A DNA stretch of 64,000 nt, taken from contig OY730476.1 in assembly GCA_963422735.1 (NCBI GenBank), forward strand, positions 448,001-512,000. Reading direction: 5' to 3'. How positions within the stretch are numbered: position 1 is the stretch's first letter; each line of letters begins with the position of its first letter. Of this stretch, positions 58,431 to 64,000 are shown piece after piece. Source of the DNA: Candidatus Latescibacterota bacterium (GTDB taxonomy: Bacteria > Latescibacterota > UBA2968 > UBA8231). Both the position numbers and the translations under genes were made by a program. The notes below the pieces were generated by a model. The model was not told the DNA's origin. It saw only the letters and a list, made by a program, of their open reading frames with translations, and did not search any database.

Positions 58431-58431
58431 G

Positions 58432-59682
58432 ATGGGGCTGGCCGACGCCATTTTTAACCACCCGCGCACCGGGTACTACGGCGAGTACGGTGGGGCCTTT
58501 ATCCCCGAAATTCTGCGCACTACCCTCGACGAATTGACCCAAGTTTTTGAGGACGTGCGTCGCGACCCCTCCTTTTGGGCGGAGTTCGAGCAGGTGATGC
58601 GGACCTATTCCTGCCGGCCGACCCCGATTACCTTTCTCGAAAACCTCTCCCGCAAGGTCGGCGGGGCACAGCTTTTTCTCAAGCGCGAGGATCTCAACCA
58701 CACGGGTGCCCATAAGGTCAACAACGTCATGGGCCAAGGCTTGTTGGTGCGCCGCATGGGCAAAAGCCGAGTCATCGCCGAGACCGGTGCCGGCCAGCAC
58801 GGCGTGGCCACGGCGACGATGGCCGCCCGCTTGGGGTTGGAATGCACCATCTACATGGGGGCTGTCGATGTCGAGCGCCAGCGGCCCAACGTGTTCTGGA
58901 TGGAGCAATTAGGTGCCGAGGTGGTGCCCGTGACCGATGGCTCGGCCACGCTCAAGGACGCCATCAACGAGAGCTTGCGCGATTGGGCCTATTCTATGGC
59001 CGACACGCACTATGTGCTCGGCACGGCTTGCGGCCCGCATCCCTTCCCACAAATCGTCGCCTATTTCCAGCGGATCATCGGTGAGGAGAGCCGCCAGCAG
59101 ATGCTGGACTCAGTGGGGAGCCTACCCGATAGGGTGTACGCCTGCGTCGGCGGCGGTTCCAACGCCACAGGCCTGTTCTTGGGCTTCCTCGACGACGCAG
59201 CCGTCGAGTTGGTCGGGGTCGAGGCTGGAGGCCGGGGGCTGGAGACCGGCGCGCATGCGTCCCGCTTGGCCGGCCTCGTCGGCACGCCCGGGGTCGCCCA
59301 GGGTTACAAGACCTTCTTTTTCCAAGATGCCGAAGGCCAAATGCGGCACACTCACTCGGTGGCGGCGGGGTTAGACTACATCGGCGTCAGTCCGATTCTC
59401 GCCCACTTGGCCGAGGTGGGCCGGGTGCGCATTGAAGCAGCGACAGACCAAGAAGTGATCGAAGCTCTCAAGCGGATGATGCGCAGCGAGGGGATCATCG
59501 GTGCGCTCGAAAGTGTCCACGCCTTGGCCGGTGCCCTGCGCGAAGTGGGCGAGATGACACCCGACCAAGGTGTGCTGATTGGCCTGTCGGGCCGCGGCGA
59601 CAAGGATATTTTCACCATCGCCGACGCGCTTGAGGACAAAAACTGGCAGTGCTTCCTCGCGGACAAGGCCGCCCGGTCGTGA
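58432..59682 (+). CDS. trpB: Tryptophan synthase beta chain
   Basis: KREDLNHTGAHKVNN, AETGAGQHG, CVGGGSNA, SVAAGLDY, ALES.HA, LSGRGDKD. Confidence 0.95.
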   Translation: MGLADAIFNHPRTGYYGEYGGAFIPEILRTTLDELTQVFEDVRRDPSFWAEFEQVMRTYSCRPTPITFLENLSRKVGGAQLFLKREDLNHTGAHKVNNVMGQGLLVRRMGKSRVIAETGAGQHGVATATMAARLGLECTIYMGAVDVERQRPNVFWMEQLGAEVVPVTDGSATLKDAINESLRDWAYSMADTHYVLGTACGPHPFPQIVAYFQRIIGEESRQQMLDSVGSLPDRVYACVGGGSNATGLFLGFLDDAAVELVGVEAGGRGLETGAHASRLAGLVGTPGVAQGYKTFFFQDAEGQMRHTHSVAAGLDYIGVSPILAHLAEVGRVRIEAATDQEVIEALKRMMRSEGIIGALESVHALAGALREVGEMTPDQGVLIGLSGRGDKDIFTIADALEDKNWQCFLADKAARS

Positions 59683-60455
59683 ATCTGCAAGCCTATATCG
59701 AAGAGCGGCTCACCGAGCGCAAGGTTTTGCTGATGACGCATCTGATCGCTGGTTTCCCCTCGCTGGAGGCCAACTGGCGAATGCTGGAGGTCATGGCCGA
59801 GGTCGAGGTCGATTTGGTCGAATTGCAGATGCCCTTTAGCGAGCCCATCGCCGACGGGCCGACCTTTGCGCGAGCCAACCAGCAGGCCCTAGAAAGGGGC
59901 CTTACTCTCGATCAGTACTTTGACTTAATGCAGCGCGCGACCGCGGCTTTTTCCTTTCCGCATTTGATGATGGGCTACTACAACACGGCGTTTCGCTTAG
60001 GGCACGGCCCGTTCTGCCGCCGCTTGGCAGCAAGCGGGGCCTGCGGCTTCATTCTGCCGGACTTGCCCGTCGAAGAGTACGGCGACCTATGGGCAGCAAG
60101 CGCGGAGTGCGAGCAAACGCCAATTTTGCTGATGACCCCAACCAATACCGACCAGCGGCTGCATCAGATCGGTGCCCAAGCCAAAGGGTTTGTCTATGCA
60201 GTGGCGCGCAAGGGCGTAACCGGCCGCCAGACCAACTTAGACGATGGACTCTATCGGTTTATCACGCGCTGCCGCGCGACGACAGCCCTGCCACTGGGAG
60301 TCGGCTTTGGCCTGCGCAGCGGGGAAGATGTGCGCCAGCTACAGGGCCAAGCCGAAGTCGGCATCGTCGGATCGGTGCTTTTGGAGGTCTGGGAACGAGA
60401 AGGGGAGACGGGCTACGCCGCTGTACTGCGCGACTTGGCTGCTGGGCGCGACTGA
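59679..60455 (+). CDS. trpA: Tryptophan synthase alpha chain
   Basis: ELQMPFSEPIADGP, MGYYN, ILPDLP.EE, GVTG, VGFG, IVGS; GTGA overlap with trpB. Confidence 0.93.
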   Translation: MNLQAYIEERLTERKVLLMTHLIAGFPSLEANWRMLEVMAEVEVDLVELQMPFSEPIADGPTFARANQQALERGLTLDQYFDLMQRATAAFSFPHLMMGYYNTAFRLGHGPFCRRLAASGACGFILPDLPVEEYGDLWAASAECEQTPILLMTPTNTDQRLHQIGAQAKGFVYAVARKGVTGRQTNLDDGLYRFITRCRATTALPLGVGFGLRSGEDVRQLQGQAEVGIVGSVLLEVWEREGETGYAAVLRDLAAGRD

Positions 60456-60466
60456 GGCTGCTGGCC

Positions 60467-61198
60467 TCAATCCATGTACAACCCCCCGTTGACGTCGATG
60501 GTCTCGCCGGTGATGTGCCGCGCGTCGTCCGAAGCCAGAAAGAGTGCGCAACTGGCTACGTCTTCGGGCTGGCCGGAGCGGCCGAGGGGGATGGAGGCCT
60601 TGAGCTGATCGTGTTCGGGGGCGGAGGTCATGGTGGTGTCGATGACACCGGGAGCGATGGCGTTGACGCGGATTTGGTCGGGGGCTAGAGCGCGCGCTAG
60701 GCCAATGGTTAAGGTGAGGACTCCGGCTTTGGCCGCTGCGTAGGGAGGACCAGCGGCTAGCCCGCCGGTCTTGGCGGCGAGGGAGGTCATGTTGATGATG
60801 ACCCCTTGGCGGCGCGCCTTCATATGGGGGATGACCGCTTGGGCGCAGAGGAAGGGCCCCTTCATGTTGATATCGACCATGCGGTCCCAGTTCTCTTCGC
60901 TGCACGATTCAAAGGTCGTATAGACCAAATAGCCGGCGTTGTTGACAAGGATGTCGAGTTGGCCGAACTCGTCGAGAACGCGGCTCGTGCCGGCGAGGAC
61001 TGAGGCTTTGGACGACACGTCCATAGCTAAGCCTAGGGCACCTGACCCGATTGAGGCGGCCGTGGTGCTGGAGTCGGGGTCAATATCGGCAACGGCCACT
61101 CGTGCTCCCTCGCGGGCAAAGCACTCGGCGATGGCCCGACCGATGCCCCGGCCGGCACCGGTGATCAACGCAGTCTTATGCTGTAATTTTCCCGTCAT
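60467..61198 (-). CDS. SDR-family oxidoreductase
   Basis: TGAGRGIG, NNAG, YAAAK, RVNAIAPG, ITGETIDVNGG. Confidence 0.92.
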   Translation of the reverse strand: MTGKLQHKTALITGAGRGIGRAIAECFAREGARVAVADIDPDSSTTAASIGSGALGLAMDVSSKASVLAGTSRVLDEFGQLDILVNNAGYLVYTTFESCSEENWDRMVDINMKGPFLCAQAVIPHMKARRQGVIINMTSLAAKTGGLAAGPPYAAAKAGVLTLTIGLARALAPDQIRVNAIAPGVIDTTMTSAPEHDQLKASIPLGRSGQPEDVASCALFLASDDARHITGETIDVNGGLYMD

Positions 61199-61358
61199 TG
61201 CGCGTTTCCCCATTCGCTGTTGATCAGTAGGTTAGACCTGAACATATACTATTTTGCGCGGCGGTCCAATGTGCATCAGGAGGATCGTGCTTGCTAAGTG
61301 CTAAGTATAAGGCCGCTTAGAGGGATCTGACTAAAACATCAATGCGGAGGATGCTCGG

Positions 61359-62329
61359 ATGGAAGATAGCCTAACCTCGACCGAATTGGAATTCGAGCCG
61401 ATAAGGTCCGAAGACGAAGATCGCGAAAGCGTCCGTGCAGGCTACGAGGTCGCAACGTATCCAGCGGATTACACTTTGGAAGTGCTACATCAAAAGTGGA
61501 AGGCAGACGAGATCGTGATTCCCAAATTCCAGCGGCAATTCGTCTGGAAGCAGAGCCAAGCCAGTCGGCTGATAGAATCCTTTTTGGTAGGGCTACCGGT
61601 CCCCGCCGTATTCTTCTACAGCGAGCGCGAAAGCCAGAAGTATCTCGTAATCGACGGGCAGCAACGCTTAAAGAGCGTATTCTATTACTTTGAAGAGTAT
61701 TTCGGCCCTGAAGAACAGGGGAAGCGCAAGGTATTCGGTTTACGAGGTCTCCATCAGGAAAGCCCATTTTATAAAAAGAAATTTGAAGATCTGCGGGAAG
61801 AAGACCAACGGCGGCTGAAGAATGCCGTGTTACGTGCTTTTATCGTCCAGCAACTGGCCCCCGCTGACGATACAAGCATGTACCATATCTTTGAAAGGCT
61901 CAATACCGGGGGAACTTTACTGGCGAGTCAGGAAATCCGCAACTGCATCTATCACGGTCGCTTTATCGAATTCCTCGAAAAGATCAACAAATTGTCATGC
62001 TGGAGAAAAATACTCGGTAAAACAGAACCCGACAGCCGGCAAAGAGACATTGAGCTATTGGTGCGTTTTTTTACAATGCGGGATAAATCTGCATACAAGA
62101 AGCCAATGAAGGACTTCTTGTCGAGGTACACGCAAAAGAACAGGAATGCATCTGAAGAAACCCTACAAAACAGCCGGCAGGTGTTCGAGAAAACCTGCGA
62201 TGCCGTCATTAAATCGCTCGGGGCTGAATGCCGCCATATTGCAACCTAAATACTAGGCAGAGAACGACAGATGTCGAGAGGGTACACGAGCGTTTTCGCC
62301 AAGCTGAACAGGTGCTTTTCGGCAGGTAA
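61359..62329 (+). pseudogene. DUF262 (GmrSD/ParB-like) domain protein, C-terminally deleted/frameshifted
   Basis: IPKFQRQFVW, IESFLVGLPVP, VIDGQQRL, IFERLNTGG, QEIRN; the ORF stops at 62249 but a plausible family-type tail RTTDVERVHERFRQAEQVLFGR* ends at 62329. Confidence 0.8.
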
Positions 62330-62342
62330 ACCGACTGCCGAC

Positions 62343-62817
62343 ATGCGCATTCTGCGGATTGACGAAGCCTTGAAAAATGCAAAGCGCATTTGTCTTTAGG
62401 AGAAGCAGTTGAAGCTGAAGTACAGAGCTTGCTAGCCCAGTCCTTGCTGATTCTCATTTATGCGGAGTTTGAGCGAAAAGTTCGCGCATTGATTCGCCAG
62501 AGATGCCAATGCGCAGCGGATGACTCGGTAAGAGGATTTCTCGATTCTTGTGCGGAAAGCGTATTTCGCGGTTGAAAATTGGGGAAATTGCAGGGCTACT
62601 CAATCGCTTTGGTGCGTCTCACAAGGAAGTATTTAACCAGCATCTCAAGAAAAATCAAAGAGCCCGAAACATGTACGACAGCATCTTGAACAATCGACAT
62701 AAAATCGCGCACGGCGAAGGGAGTGCCGTTACCTTCGGCGATGTAAAACAGTACTACGAACACGGGCATTGCGTACTGGGCTACTTACGCGATGCGTTGT
62801 TTCAAGACGAGTCGTAG
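62343..62817 (+). pseudogene. HEPN-domain RNase (RiboL-PSP / MAE_18760-like), two frameshifts
   Basis: MRILRIDEA / LSLGE...LLILIYAEFE...SVFRG / LKIGEIAGLLNRFG...ILNNRHKIAHG (RxxxxH). Confidence 0.75.
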
Positions 62818-62830
62818 ATAGGAGATCTCT

Positions 62831-64000
62831 ATGAGGAACGTCATTGGAGTCATCCTTGGAGGCGGGCAGGGTACGCGGCTCTTCCCGCTGACTCAGCTGC
62901 GGTCCAAGCCGGCCGTGCCGATTGGCGGCAAATACCGCTTAATCGACATTCCCATCAGCAATTGTCTGCATTCTGGGATCAACCGCATCTTCGCCCTGAC
63001 CCAATTCAATTCCGCTTCGCTTCACCGCCACATCAGCACGACGTACCGCTTTGATTCTTTTTCCGATGGCTTCGTCGAGATCTTGGCTGCCGAGCAGACC
63101 CAAGACAGCGTCGCTTGGTACCAAGGCACGGCCGATGCAGTGCGCCAACAGCTCAGGCACTTGCTCTCGCGCCGGGCCGACCAAGTGCTAATCCTGTCGG
63201 GCGACCACCTCTATCGCATGGACTACCGGGCCTTTGTCGAGGAGCACCGAGCGCGGGGCGCAGATGTGTCGATTGCGGTCAAGCCGGTGACGCGTCAAGC
63301 CGCGCCCGCGTTGGGGATCGTGCAGGCAAATGATCGGGGGCGGATCGTGGATTTTCGCGAGAAGCCGCAAGACAAAGCCGAGCTAGAGGCCCTGCGGCTG
63401 CCGGCGGCTGCCGACCCAGAGGCGTGCTATCTGGCCTCCATGGGCATCTACGTGTTTGAACCCCAGGTCTTGGTCAGCCTATTGATGGGCAGCGACCAAG
63501 ACGACTTCGGCAAGCACATCATCCCGGGTGCGATTCACAAGGTCGGCGTTTTTGCCCATACCTTTGAAGGCTATTGGGAAGACATCGGGACCATTCGCTC
63601 TTTTTACGAGGCCAACTTGGCGCTGACAGATCAGGCACCGCCTTTTGACTTTTACCAGGCGGACGCACCGATCTACACCCACGCGCGCTTTCTTGCTGGC
63701 ACGCGGCTGGAGAATTGCCACATTGAGCGCGGGATCATCTGCGAAGGCTCTTCCATTCAGTCGGCCCGGATCGAGCACTCGGTGATTGGGATCCGCTCGG
63801 TGATTGGCGCGAATTGCCAGATTGTCAATACCATCGTCATGGGTGCGGACTCGGAAGAGTCGCCGACCGATCGAGCGCGCAATGCCGCCCAAGGCATTCC
63901 GAATATTGGGATTGGTGCGAACAGCACTATCACTGGGGCGATCATCGACAAAAACGCGCGCATCGGCGAGCGGGTTTGCATCATCAACAAGGACGGAGGC
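62831..64000 (+). CDS. glgC: Glucose-1-phosphate adenylyltransferase; runs off window end
   Basis: Not in the ORF track. Manual translation: MRNVIGVILGGGQGTRLFPLTQLRSKPAVPIGGKYRLIDIPISNC...LTQFNSASL...WYQGTADAV...LSGDHLYRMDY...YWEDIGT. Confidence 0.96.
   Translation, partial: MRNVIGVILGGGQGTRLFPLTQLRSKPAVPIGGKYRLIDIPISNCLHSGINRIFALTQFNSASLHRHISTTYRFDSFSDGFVEILAAEQTQDSVAWYQGTADAVRQQLRHLLSRRADQVLILSGDHLYRMDYRAFVEEHRARGADVSIAVKPVTRQAAPALGIVQANDRGRIVDFREKPQDKAELEALRLPAAADPEACYLASMGIYVFEPQVLVSLLMGSDQDDFGKHIIPGAIHKVGVFAHTFEGYWEDIGTIRSFYEANLALTDQAPPFDFYQADAPIYTHARFLAGTRLENCHIERGIICEGSSIQSARIEHSVIGIRSVIGANCQIVNTIVMGADSEESPTDRARNAAQGIPNIGIGANSTITGAIIDKNARIGERVCIINKDGG

Noticed and set aside
58084-58431. 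Long N-terminal extensions of trpB (likewise apgM at 18024, flippase at 14671, MFS at 39231)
   Set aside because: They overlap neighbouring genes or lack family similarity; downstream starts fit better.
1-64000. Numerous 60-300 aa antisense or alternate-frame ORFs; tRNA/rRNA genes
   Set aside because: Shadow ORFs of GC-rich genes with no motifs; no tRNA cloverleaf or rRNA-like sequence was recognised by eye.

Overview
A GC-rich bacterial chromosomal segment. Its gene mix (Gfo/Idh/MocA, PhyH dioxygenases, cytoplasmic GH-like TIM barrels, Uma2, AAA/PD-(D/E)XK) resembles marine or sponge-associated Latescibacterota, Gemmatimonadota or Poribacteria; this is inference only. The backbone is mostly intact housekeeping and metabolic genes: a selenocysteine formate dehydrogenase (in-frame UGA plus SECIS) with a NuoEF-like partner, hom-apgM-asd, an aspartate kinase, recG, an S1-domain protein with trpBA, glgC (partial), and sugar-acid enzymes. 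Small accessory inserts sit between them, many decayed: a toxin-antitoxin pair, an IS5 fragment, mbfA, cas6 and HAD remnants, an rmuC/ATPase/AlbA island, and a DUF262-HEPN pair. The best candidates for new biology are: (1) an ECF sigma / membrane anti-sigma / exported caspase-repeat-beta-barrel operon, whose 67-bp promoter region recurs downstream in front of an unannotated 45-aa Gly/Ser-rich microprotein; (2) a stand-alone murG-HEAT fusion plus a divergent mraY with its own near-consensus promoter; (3) a ~1,740-aa DEDD-exonuclease/RecQ/UvrD fusion; (4) a 127-bp MITE with IS5-type ends and TTA target duplication, and a family of inverted heptamer-repeat elements at gene ends. No rRNA, tRNA or CRISPR array was seen. 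The supplied ORF 21957..23087 is on the minus strand, not the plus strand as labelled. All family assignments come from motif recognition by eye, not database searches.
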